64,000 nucleotides of DNA from an uncultured Curvibacter sp. (lineage in GTDB: Bacteria; Pseudomonadota; Gammaproteobacteria; Burkholderiales; Burkholderiaceae_C). Positions 50,707-59,059 of this stretch are shown here, one piece after another (the stretch's first letter is position 1; each line of letters opens with the position of its first letter). A program made the translations under genes and the position numbers. The notes beneath the pieces were generated by a model that ran no database searches, had not been told where the DNA came from, and saw only the letters and a list, made by a program, of their open reading frames with translations. The stretch covers positions 2,384 through 66,383 of the forward strand of contig CAILKX010000092.1 in the NCBI GenBank assembly GCA_903834975.1. The letters run 5' to 3'.

Positions 50707-52709
50707 GTGGCAGCCCCTTCAACGGGTGCAGGGCTGGTTTGAATGACCCGGTCGAGCGACGCCAAAGCGGGCCACAGCCCTGGCAACCAGGCTTCAAAAT
50801 CAGCCACCAAGTCGACATTGGCATCTGCTTCCCCGCGTGCCAGAAGTCGGGTGGCCCCTGCTTGCGAGAGGGCTTGATCGATGTGGGTCGGCACCGCTTG
50901 GTATGTGCGCGCCCACTGTCGGTTGCCACAGCCCATCACCGCGTAGTGCAAGCCCTTCAGGCTGTCCTCACTTTGCAAGGAGAGCCAATCCATGAATTCT
51001 TTGGCGTTGTCGGTGGGCTGGCCTTCATAGGAGGCCGTGACGATGATGACGGGTTGATTCGCTGCTTGAGGCGGTCCATCAAAGGCCCAATCGACGCTGG
51101 CCTCGTCCAGAGTGCGGACTTGGGTGGAATGGCCGCGGGCCAAGGCTTGGCTCGCAATTTGTTCGGCAAACGCTTTGCAAGAACCGGCGTTAGAACCATA
51201 CAAAACCGTTAACGAAGCACGAAGGGAAAGGGATTGCCCTTCGGTGGGCGTTTCTGCTGCGGGGTTTGCAGCGCTGGTGGGGCGGCCCTGTGTCGCGTTC
51301 CCCTGTGTCGCGTTCACTTGATGGGTGGGTCTGGCTTTGGCCCGAATCATCAGGCCCGTGGGCTTGAGCGTCAGGGTTTCGGCCACTTCGAGTTGGTAAT
51401 TGGGATCGACCGCTTCGATGTCAAACTGCTGAATCATTTTGGCCAACACCAACGTCGCTTCTTGCAAGGCGAAGGGGCGGCCAATGCAGGCGCGGGCGCC
51501 GTTGCCAAAAGGCTTCCAAGCGTTGGGCGGGATCTTTTTCATCCCCACGGGCGTAAAACGCTCGGGCTTGAAGCTCAGCACGTCGTCGCCCCAGGCCTTC
51601 GGATCTCGGTGCAAGCTGGGCAGCAGGACGAAGATCACGTCATCGGGTTCCAAGGCATAGCGCCCCCCCAAGCGGGTCGGGGTTTCTGTTTTTAAGGTGT
51701 AAGCGGGTGCCGTGGGCCACAGACGCAGCGTTTCAAACAGCACTTGCTCGGTGTAACGCAGTTGCGCCAAATGGCCAACCTGCAAAGGCTGGTCGCCCAC
51801 CACCGAGTCAATTTCGGCGCGCAGCTTGGCCATCACCTCCGGGTGCTTCAACAGCAAGTGGGTGGCGAACGAAAGCAAACCGCTGGTGGTTTCGTGGCCA
51901 GCGATCAAGAAGGTCACCATTTGGTAGCCCACGTTTTCATCGCTCAAACGCTCGCCCGTGACGCTGTCGATGCCCTGCAACATCAAGTCGAGCAGGTCTT
52001 TGGATTCGGCATTGGGCTGTTGGCGGCGCTCGTTCACCAATTGCTCGGAGATCTTTTTCAGGAAGGCAATGTCTTTGGCAAATTGCTTTTTCTGTTTGAC
52101 CATGAGTTTGTTGACCAAAGGCAGGCGCCGGCTCATGGCGCCAGACTCACTCAAGGCGCCCACCATGGCGTCTACAAAAGGGTGTAACTCCGGTTGGTAA
52201 AAGCTGTTGAAGCGGTAGTTGAAGCCGCACAAGGCAATGGTGTCCAAGGTCAGCCGGGTCATGTTGTCGGCCACATCGATCACGGCTTGGTCGCCAAAGC
52301 GCCGCCACTTGGTGAACATTTGGTCGGCGATGTCGGTCATGCCATCGAACATTTGGCGCACGCCCAAAGGACCAAAAGCAGGCATCAACAAGCGGTGGGC
52401 TTTGCCCCAGTTGGGCTCGTCGTTGTAGGCTGTGAAAAGACCGTCCCCTGCCAAGGCGCGGATGTTTTTGAGCGCCATGCTCAAGCGCTTGCTGAAGCGA
52501 CTGTCATCACTGAGCTCATTCACGAGTTCCTGCGAGCTCACCATGACCAAACGCCGACCCATGATTTCAAGCTGGTAGATGGGGCCCAATTGCGCCGCCA
52601 GCCGCATGAAGCCTTGAATCGGTTGATGGGGGTCAATTTGGTTCAGATGCCCGAACAACAGGCCAGCTTCAGGCTGGGGAATCGGAATCAGCGCAGGCGT
52701 GTTGGACAT
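50703..52709 (-). CDS. CYP102/BM3-like cytochrome P450 fused to an FMN (flavodoxin) domain; no FAD/NADPH domain
   Basis: [25 protein letters not shown] and [10 protein letters not shown] (Cys408); then [18 protein letters not shown] and GCGNRQW FMN motifs; ends at 668 aa. Confidence 0.92.
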   Translation of the reverse strand: MSNTPALIPIPQPEAGLLFGHLNQIDPHQPIQGFMRLAAQLGPIYQLEIMGRRLVMVSSQELVNELSDDSRFSKRLSMALKNIRALAGDGLFTAYNDEPNWGKAHRLLMPAFGPLGVRQMFDGMTDIADQMFTKWRRFGDQAVIDVADNMTRLTLDTIALCGFNYRFNSFYQPELHPFVDAMVGALSESGAMSRRLPLVNKLMVKQKKQFAKDIAFLKKISEQLVNERRQQPNAESKDLLDLMLQGIDSVTGERLSDENVGYQMVTFLIAGHETTSGLLSFATHLLLKHPEVMAKLRAEIDSVVGDQPLQVGHLAQLRYTEQVLFETLRLWPTAPAYTLKTETPTRLGGRYALEPDDVIFVLLPSLHRDPKAWGDDVLSFKPERFTPVGMKKIPPNAWKPFGNGARACIGRPFALQEATLVLAKMIQQFDIEAVDPNYQLEVAETLTLKPTGLMIRAKARPTHQVNATQGNATQGRPTSAANPAAETPTEGQSLSLRASLTVLYGSNAGSCKAFAEQIASQALARGHSTQVRTLDEASVDWAFDGPPQAANQPVIIVTASYEGQPTDNAKEFMDWLSLQSEDSLKGLHYAVMGCGNRQWARTYQAVPTHIDQALSQAGATRLLARGEADANVDLVADFEAWLPGLWPALASLDRVIQTSPAPVEGAAT

Positions 52710-52752
52710 GGTGTACTTTGGAAAAAATAAAGGGAACTGTGAAAAATGACTT

Positions 52753-52788
52753 GAATGAGGAATGAGGAATGAGGAATGAGGAATGAGG
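52753..52788. repeat. Heptanucleotide microsatellite (GAATGAG)x5
   Basis: Five perfect copies at 52753-52787, 44-78 nt upstream of the P450 start on the minus strand. Confidence 0.95.
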
Positions 52789-52818
52789 TGGGCTATTTTG
52801 TTTTTTAACGGTTTGAAG

Positions 52819-52858
52819 GCGCTATCCGGCGGTATCCGGCGCTATCCGTCGCTATCGC
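52819..52858. repeat. Imperfect 10-bp tandem repeat over the mutL stop
   Basis: GCGCTATCCG GCGGTATCCG GCGCTATCCG TCGCTATCGC. Confidence 0.85.
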
Positions 52859-54897
52859 CCGCGCATAAAGAAGGCATCCAAATCGCGCAATGAGAGTTGT
52901 CGCCAGGTCGGGCGACCATGGTTGCATTGGTCGGCACGTTCGGTGGCTTCCATTTGGCGCAACAGGGCATTCATTTCGTCCAAGGTCAAACGCCGGTTGG
53001 CCCGCACAGCGCCGTGGCAGGCCATGGTCGCCAAGAGTTCATTTTGGGCCCGCTCCAGCACCGGGTTTGACGCGCCAGTGGACGTTTCAGTGGTCAGATC
53101 GATTTCGGCCAAGTCAGCCAGCACGTGGCGTGCCAAAGCCACGGGATCGCCCTGTGCCAAGGGGGTCGGTACCGCCCGCACCGCCAGTGTTTGGGGCGAA
53201 AAAGGCAGCACTTCCAAACCCAGTTGAGACAAGGTGGCGGCATGGGCTTCGGCCGTACTGACCTCGATGGGGGTGGCGGCAAAAGTGGCTGGAATCAGCA
53301 AGGGTTGGCTGCTCAAGCGCATGGGGGGGTGGCGCTGGGGTTCGACGCCGCTGGAGACCTCGACCGGCGCTGACGCTGCTGATTGAAACTGCACTTTGAG
53401 GCGTTCATAAACAATCCGCTCATGGGCGGCGTGCATGTCCACAATCACCAAGCCCAGGGCATTTTCAGCCAATACATAAACGCCTTGAATTTGCGCAATG
53501 GCGCGCCCCAAAGGCCATTCGTCCTGCGTTTCGGGCAAGGGCTCGAAGGCACGGCTCGGGTGCCACAATGCCCCCAACTCCTTGACCTCGTGGCCAACTG
53601 AACCAGCAGGGTCATATGAACCCAATGAACCATATGAAACCGATGAACCCGATGTAGGCAAAGGCGGGGGCGCCTGAAACAAACCGGGGCTTTGACGCCA
53701 AGAGGGGGGCGCTCCCAAGCCAGATCCGATGGCGTCCATGCGCGATCCGTCTCCCATTTCATGGGGCGTCGGCGCGGGGGGTGTGGATGTGGGGTTCGTG
53801 CGTGGAATGGCCAACGCGTTTTCGACGGCATGGCGAATGGCTTGGTGCACTTCTCGACCGTCTCGAAAGCGCACTTCAATTTTGGTGGGGTGCACATTCA
53901 CATCCACCCGTTGAGGATCGATGGTCAGGTAGACCGCATAAACGGGCTGGCGCTGGCCATGCAAGACGTCTTCATAGGCGCTGCGTGCGGCGTGGTTGAT
54001 GACTTTGTCTTTGACAAACCGTCCGTTCACATACGCAAACTGCTGGTCGGCGCGTGAGCGGGCTGCGTCGGGAATACCGGCCCGCCCCACCACGCTGATC
54101 GCGCCGCTCTGGCTCAGATATTCCACCTTCACCGAGGACGCTAAAAAACCATCTCCCAACACATCGGCCAGGCGCCGATCTAAGGAATCCTCGCCGCTGT
54201 AAGCGCGCCATTGTTCAACCAATTTGCCTTCGTGCCAAATGGCAAAACCCACCTTGGGTCGACTCAAAGCGTGGCGACGCACCGCCTCGATGCAATGGGC
54301 CAATTCGGTGGCGTCGGTCTTCAAAAATTTACGCCTTGCGGGGGTCGAAAAAAACAGCTCTTTCACCTCGACCGTGGTACCCACGCTGCGCGCGGCGGGC
54401 TTGATCTCGCCGGTGCGGGCGTCCAACAGAAAACCGTGTTCTTGGTGGGCTGTGCGCGACAACAGCGACAACTCCGAAACCGAGGCCACGGCGGCCAGCG
54501 CTTCGCCCCGAAAACCCATGGTCGAGACGGTTTCTAAATCATGCAGATTTTGAATCTTGCTGGTGGCGTGGCGCTTCAGGGCGATTGGCAGCTCGTGGCT
54601 GGGGATGCCGGTGCCGTCGTCCTCGACTGCAATCAAACGCACCCCGCCGGCCAGCAACCGCACGGTGATTTGCGTGGCACCCGCGTCCAGCGCGTTGTCC
54701 ACCAGCTCGCGCACCACCGAAGCGGGGCGCTCCACCACTTCGCCAGCCGCGATCTGGCTGATTAATTCGTCGGGCAACTCGCGAATTTGGCGACGTTCCG
54801 CCGTGGACCCCAGCGGGGATGCCGCCCCAGCAGAGCCCGTCATGGGGGCCGTGGGACTTGAATGTTGACTTGGATATTGACTTGGACTTGGATTCAC
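52852..54897 (-). CDS. mutL: DNA mismatch repair endonuclease MutL
   Basis: IAAGEVVERP, ELVDNALDAGA, GFRGEAL, DMHAAHERI, ACHGA, CNHGRPT. GTG start 54897 preferred. Confidence 0.97.
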   Translation of the reverse strand: MNPSPSQYPSQHSSPTAPMTGSAGAASPLGSTAERRQIRELPDELISQIAAGEVVERPASVVRELVDNALDAGATQITVRLLAGGVRLIAVEDDGTGIPSHELPIALKRHATSKIQNLHDLETVSTMGFRGEALAAVASVSELSLLSRTAHQEHGFLLDARTGEIKPAARSVGTTVEVKELFFSTPARRKFLKTDATELAHCIEAVRRHALSRPKVGFAIWHEGKLVEQWRAYSGEDSLDRRLADVLGDGFLASSVKVEYLSQSGAISVVGRAGIPDAARSRADQQFAYVNGRFVKDKVINHAARSAYEDVLHGQRQPVYAVYLTIDPQRVDVNVHPTKIEVRFRDGREVHQAIRHAVENALAIPRTNPTSTPPAPTPHEMGDGSRMDAIGSGLGAPPSWRQSPGLFQAPPPLPTSGSSVSYGSLGSYDPAGSVGHEVKELGALWHPSRAFEPLPETQDEWPLGRAIAQIQGVYVLAENALGLVIVDMHAAHERIVYERLKVQFQSAASAPVEVSSGVEPQRHPPMRLSSQPLLIPATFAATPIEVSTAEAHAATLSQLGLEVLPFSPQTLAVRAVPTPLAQGDPVALARHVLADLAEIDLTTETSTGASNPVLERAQNELLATMACHGAVRANRRLTLDEMNALLRQMEATERADQCNHGRPTWRQLSLRDLDAFFMRGR

Positions 54898-54938
54898 CAA
54901 AGCATTTTAATGAGCAGGGGCTGGGATAATCTGTCGCC

Positions 54939-55589
54939 ATGGACAACCTCTTCGCCTTCATCGCCCCTTTGCTCGATTTGATACTTCATGTGGACAAGCA
55001 CCTGGCCGCCTTTGTGCAGGCCCAAGGTTCGTGGGTCTATGCGCTGTTGTTTGTGGTGGTGTTTGTCGAAACGGGCTTGGTCGTTATGCCTTTCTTGCCA
55101 GGCGATTCCTTGTTGTTTGTGGTCGGTGCCATGGGCGGCAGCGGTTTGTTGGACCTTTGGACCGCGCTCCCCGTGTTGTTGGCCGCCGCTTTTTTGGGCG
55201 ACCAATGCAACTTCAGCATCGGCCGATGGATCGGCCCCAAGGTGTTTCAATGGCCGCAGTCGCGCTGGTTCAACCGCCAGGCGTTTGACCAAGCCCATGA
55301 TTTCTACGAAAAATGGGGTTCCTGGACTTTGGTCGCAGCCCGCTTTCTGCCTTTCATTCGAACCTTTGCGCCCTTTGTGGCCGGTGTCGCCGACATGGGC
55401 CGTGCCCGCTTCGTCGCTTTCAATTTACTCGGCGCCGTGCTCTGGGTGTTGGGCGTGGGTGCATTGGGTGCGGTGTTCGGCAACGTGCCCTGGGTTCAGG
55501 CCAATTTTGAAAAATTCATCTGGGCCTTGATCCTGGTGCCAAGTGCCGCGGCCTTGTTGGGCTTGATGCGCCGGCGTAGGGTGCACTGA
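54939..55589 (+). CDS. dedA: DedA/VTT-domain membrane protein
   Basis: FVETGLVVMPFLPGDSLLF, ARFLPFIRTFAPFVAG. Confidence 0.92.
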   Translation: MDNLFAFIAPLLDLILHVDKHLAAFVQAQGSWVYALLFVVVFVETGLVVMPFLPGDSLLFVVGAMGGSGLLDLWTALPVLLAAAFLGDQCNFSIGRWIGPKVFQWPQSRWFNRQAFDQAHDFYEKWGSWTLVAARFLPFIRTFAPFVAGVADMGRARFVAFNLLGAVLWVLGVGALGAVFGNVPWVQANFEKFIWALILVPSAAALLGLMRRRRVH

Positions 55590-55659
55590 CTTTGGGGTAT
55601 TCCCTGTGGCTTGAAGCGCGTTTGGGTTCTAGAGTGGCCTCTACAACATGAGACATTCA

Positions 55660-56994
55660 ATGACCAAAAGAAACCTTTCTCTCTCCCCGTTGCTGGTGGC
55701 CGCCTCCTTGTGCTGGTCTGCACCCGCCATCACAAACGCCCAAACCCCGGCGCCACCCACCTTGCCCACCGCAGAGCAAACCGACCCCGTCAAACTGGGT
55801 TGGATGATGGGCTCGCCCCCGCCGCCCGACAAAGTGATTCGCTGGGCCGACGGCTCCTTCTACACTTTTCCTAAGTTTCGTTGGACCTTCTCACATGGCC
55901 GGGAGTTGGGTCCGACCAGCAATGTGTCTCGTGGGCTAGGAGCCCCTTCGTTGTTGCCCCGCGCAGAACGTCAAGACCTGGACGCCGTCACGTTTGTGCC
56001 ACTCGGCAAAACCGAACCCATGACTTGGGCGCAGTCCTTGTCGGCCAATTACACCGACGGCATTGTGGTGCTGCACAAAGGCAAAATTGTTTATGAGCGT
56101 TACTTCGGCGCCTTGCGGCCGAATGGCCAACACGCGGGTCAGTCGGTTACCAAGTCGTTTTTTGGGACGATCGGCGCGATGTTGGTCGCTGAAGGTCAAC
56201 TGGACCCCAACGCCAAAGTCGAGCAATACATTCCTGAGCTCAAAGACAGCGGCTTTGGCAGCGCCACCGTTCGCCAAGTGTTGGACATGACCACCAGCAT
56301 CAAGTACAGCGAAAACTACGCCGACCCGAAGGCTGAAATTTGGGACCATGTCCGAGCGGGCAATGTGTTGCCGCGCCCACCGGGTTATCAAGGCCCCAAG
56401 TCCTTTTACGACTTCCTGAAAACGGTGGGTCCTGAGGGAGAGCATGGCCAAGCCTTTGCCTATAAAACAGTCAACAGCGATGTGCTGGGGTGGCTGATTC
56501 GGCGCGTCACCAACAAGTCGGTGGGTGAGAATTTATCCGAGCGCATTTGGTCGAAGTTGGGCATGGAACAAGACGCCTACATTGCGATTGACACCGAGGG
56601 CACCGAATTCGCTGGGGGCGGCCTGTACACCGGCCTGCGTGATCTGGCGCGTTTTGGTGAAATGATGCGCAACGACGGTCAATTCAACGGCCAACAAGTG
56701 GTGCCCAAGGCCGTCGTCGACGATGTTCGCCAAGGCGGTGACAAGCAACACTTTGCCAAGGCCGGCTACGCCACTTTGCCCGGTGGCAGCTACCGCAATA
56801 TGTGGTGGAAATTGAACAACGCCGACGGCGCTTATTCGGCGCGTGGCATCCACGGGCAGGCCCTTTACATCGACCCCAAAGCTGAAATGGTGATTGCCCG
56901 CTACGCCTCATTCCCCATGGCGGCGAATGCGTTCAACGACCCCACTTCGTTGCCAGCCTATCAGGCCCTGGCGGACAAGTTGATGGGCAAGTGA
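55660..56994 (+). CDS. Secreted serine hydrolase, beta-lactamase class C/NylB-like
   Basis: Signal peptide; SVTK (SxxK), FAYKT.NSDVLG, LRDLARFG and GIHGQ..YIDP motifs. Confidence 0.85.
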   Translation: MTKRNLSLSPLLVAASLCWSAPAITNAQTPAPPTLPTAEQTDPVKLGWMMGSPPPPDKVIRWADGSFYTFPKFRWTFSHGRELGPTSNVSRGLGAPSLLPRAERQDLDAVTFVPLGKTEPMTWAQSLSANYTDGIVVLHKGKIVYERYFGALRPNGQHAGQSVTKSFFGTIGAMLVAEGQLDPNAKVEQYIPELKDSGFGSATVRQVLDMTTSIKYSENYADPKAEIWDHVRAGNVLPRPPGYQGPKSFYDFLKTVGPEGEHGQAFAYKTVNSDVLGWLIRRVTNKSVGENLSERIWSKLGMEQDAYIAIDTEGTEFAGGGLYTGLRDLARFGEMMRNDGQFNGQQVVPKAVVDDVRQGGDKQHFAKAGYATLPGGSYRNMWWKLNNADGAYSARGIHGQALYIDPKAEMVIARYASFPMAANAFNDPTSLPAYQALADKLMGK

Positions 56995-57041
56995 GCCGCT
57001 AAAGGGCGGTTCCGTGTTCGTCTTCGGGTTCGGGTTCGGGC

Positions 57042-58436
57042 CTAAATGGCCCGGTTTCGTGCCAACGGCGGGTTTTTAGAAAAATAACGCTCGATGCCGC
57101 GCATCACGGCATCGACGAGTTGGTTTTGGTAATCCGAACTGCGCAGTCGCTGCTCTTCCTCTGGGTTGCTGATGAAGGCGGTTTCTAGCAAGACACTCGG
57201 AATGTCGGGGGCTTTGAGCACCGCAAAGGCCGCTTGCTCCACTTGCCCTTTGTGCAGCTTGGCGACCGCACCCACTTCGCTGAGCAAGGCGTTGCCCAGC
57301 TTCAGGCTGTCTTTGATTTGGGCGCTGGTGCTCATGTCGAGCAAGGCCATTCGCAAGCTGGCGTCCTGCACTTTGAAGTTCAGCCCGCCGACGGCGTCGG
57401 CGCGATTTTCTTTATCGGCCATCCAGCGTGCCGCCACGCTCGATGCACCGTGTTCGCTCAAAGCAAAAACGCTGGCGCCACGCGCCGTGGGCGTCATGAA
57501 AGCATCGGCGTGGAGGCTGATCATCAGGTCTGCCTGGACTTGTTGGGCTTTCAAAACGCGCACGCCCAAGGGAACAAAGAAGTCGGCGTCGCGTGTCAGG
57601 TAGGCCCGCAATGGGTTGCCGTTGACGTTGGCGGCGTTGATGCGTTCGCGCAGCAATTGGGCAATGCTCAAGACAATGTCTTTTTCCTTCGTGCCATTGG
57701 GTCCGATGGCGCCGGGGTCCTCTCCGCCGTGGCCGGGGTCCAGGGCAATCACGATCAGGCGAGAAGCCGCCATCTTGGGCTCTCCCACGGCGCTGGGAGG
57801 GCTTTGGACTTTGTTCTGCTCACTTCGCTCGGCCGTTGGGGGCGCGTTGAGGGTGTTGGGTTTGACCTTGGGCGTGCTTTGCTGTGACAACCAATGGTCC
57901 AGGGCATCGTCAGGCGCGTGTTTGTTTTGGGCCCGTGCTCTTTCTTGTAGGAAGGCCTCCAGCGGGTCAATCGGGTGGCTGGGATACAAGTCGAGCAACA
58001 AGCGATTTTGGTAATTGGCCACAGGCGGCAGGTTGAATACCTGAGGCAAGATTTCTTGCTTCAAATCCAACACCAGACGCACCACCCCGGGGGCAAATTG
58101 GCCCACCCGGATCCCGGCGATGTAGGGGTCGTCGGTTTTCACCTGAGCCACCAACGACTTTAGTTCGGGGCTGAGTTCAAGGCCTTCAATGTCCACCGCC
58201 AAGCGGGGTGGGTTGTTGATCAAGGTTTGTTGGGTCGGTAGCTTGGCATCCGACTCGATGGTGACGCGTGTGTAGTCGGCAGCAGGCCAGACCCGGACCG
58301 CCAAAATGGTGGCCCCCCAAACGATTTGTGGCCATCCCACGCTGAGCACCAAGCCCCCCCGTTTCAAGAGTTCACGGCGGCTCAAACTGGCTTTGCCGCT
58401 GCTTTTCAGATCGCTTGAAGGATCAGCAAGCATCAT
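57042..58436 (-). CDS. amiC: N-acetylmuramoyl-L-alanine amidase with AMIN domain
   Basis: Tat signal SRRELL; VRVWPAADYTRVTIE AMIN domain; DPGHGGEDPGA, SLHADA, LETAFISN. Confidence 0.93.
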   Translation of the reverse strand: MMLADPSSDLKSSGKASLSRRELLKRGGLVLSVGWPQIVWGATILAVRVWPAADYTRVTIESDAKLPTQQTLINNPPRLAVDIEGLELSPELKSLVAQVKTDDPYIAGIRVGQFAPGVVRLVLDLKQEILPQVFNLPPVANYQNRLLLDLYPSHPIDPLEAFLQERARAQNKHAPDDALDHWLSQQSTPKVKPNTLNAPPTAERSEQNKVQSPPSAVGEPKMAASRLIVIALDPGHGGEDPGAIGPNGTKEKDIVLSIAQLLRERINAANVNGNPLRAYLTRDADFFVPLGVRVLKAQQVQADLMISLHADAFMTPTARGASVFALSEHGASSVAARWMADKENRADAVGGLNFKVQDASLRMALLDMSTSAQIKDSLKLGNALLSEVGAVAKLHKGQVEQAAFAVLKAPDIPSVLLETAFISNPEEEQRLRSSDYQNQLVDAVMRGIERYFSKNPPLARNRAI

Positions 58437-59059
58437 GAGCGCTCTGATACGGAGGCCAGCACGGAGGCCAGCAGCGCCAGTCCGCGCGGTGTGGCGGCCG
58501 TGACGCGAACCCTTCTGGGCGGCGCTTGTGGCGGGTCAAAGTCTTGCAAAGGGTCGTGGGTTTCGGGGCCAATCAAAGGCAGGCTGATTTGCATCACCCA
58601 ATCCGGCGTGGGCAGCACCCCTTGGGCCTGCTCAGGCCACTCGGCCAGTTTCAGTCCGGGGCTGGCAAACAAATCCCGCAAGCCCGCGTCGGCCCATTCG
58701 CGCGGGTCGTTGAAACGGTAAAAATCAAAATGCCAGATGGACAAAGGGGACGCCTTCGATGATCCCGGCGCTTGGTGCGGTTCGACCACGGCGTAGCTGG
58801 GACTTTTGATGCGGCCTGCGACGCCCAAGGCGCGCAGCAAGTGGCGGGTGAAGGTGGTTTTTCCCGCCCCTAAATCGCCACGCAGTTCAATGAAGACGTC
58901 CGACAATTCGGGTTCCGCCCGCATGCCGGCGGCCATGCGTTGTGCAAAGGCTTCGGTGTCGGACTCGCTGCCCCAAGCAAACAAAACATCTGCAGGGCCC
59001 GTTCCCGTGTGGGAGGGCTCGGGTCTTTTTACAATGGGCGCGTGAAACTCAGCAGTCAA
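58433..59059 (-). CDS. tsaE: tRNA threonylcarbamoyladenosine biosynthesis ATPase TsaE
   Basis: GDLGAGKTT, IKSPSY, HFDFYR, LAEWP. Start uncertain; TTG 59059 has a GGAG SD. Confidence 0.9.
   Translation of the reverse strand: MTAEFHAPIVKRPEPSHTGTGPADVLFAWGSESDTEAFAQRMAAGMRAEPELSDVFIELRGDLGAGKTTFTRHLLRALGVAGRIKSPSYAVVEPHQAPGSSKASPLSIWHFDFYRFNDPREWADAGLRDLFASPGLKLAEWPEQAQGVLPTPDWVMQISLPLIGPETHDPLQDFDPPQAPPRRVRVTAATPRGLALLASVLASVSERS

Noticed and set aside
52753-52858. CRISPR-like array
   Set aside because: Units are 7 and 10 bp and contiguous, with no spacers and no cas genes.
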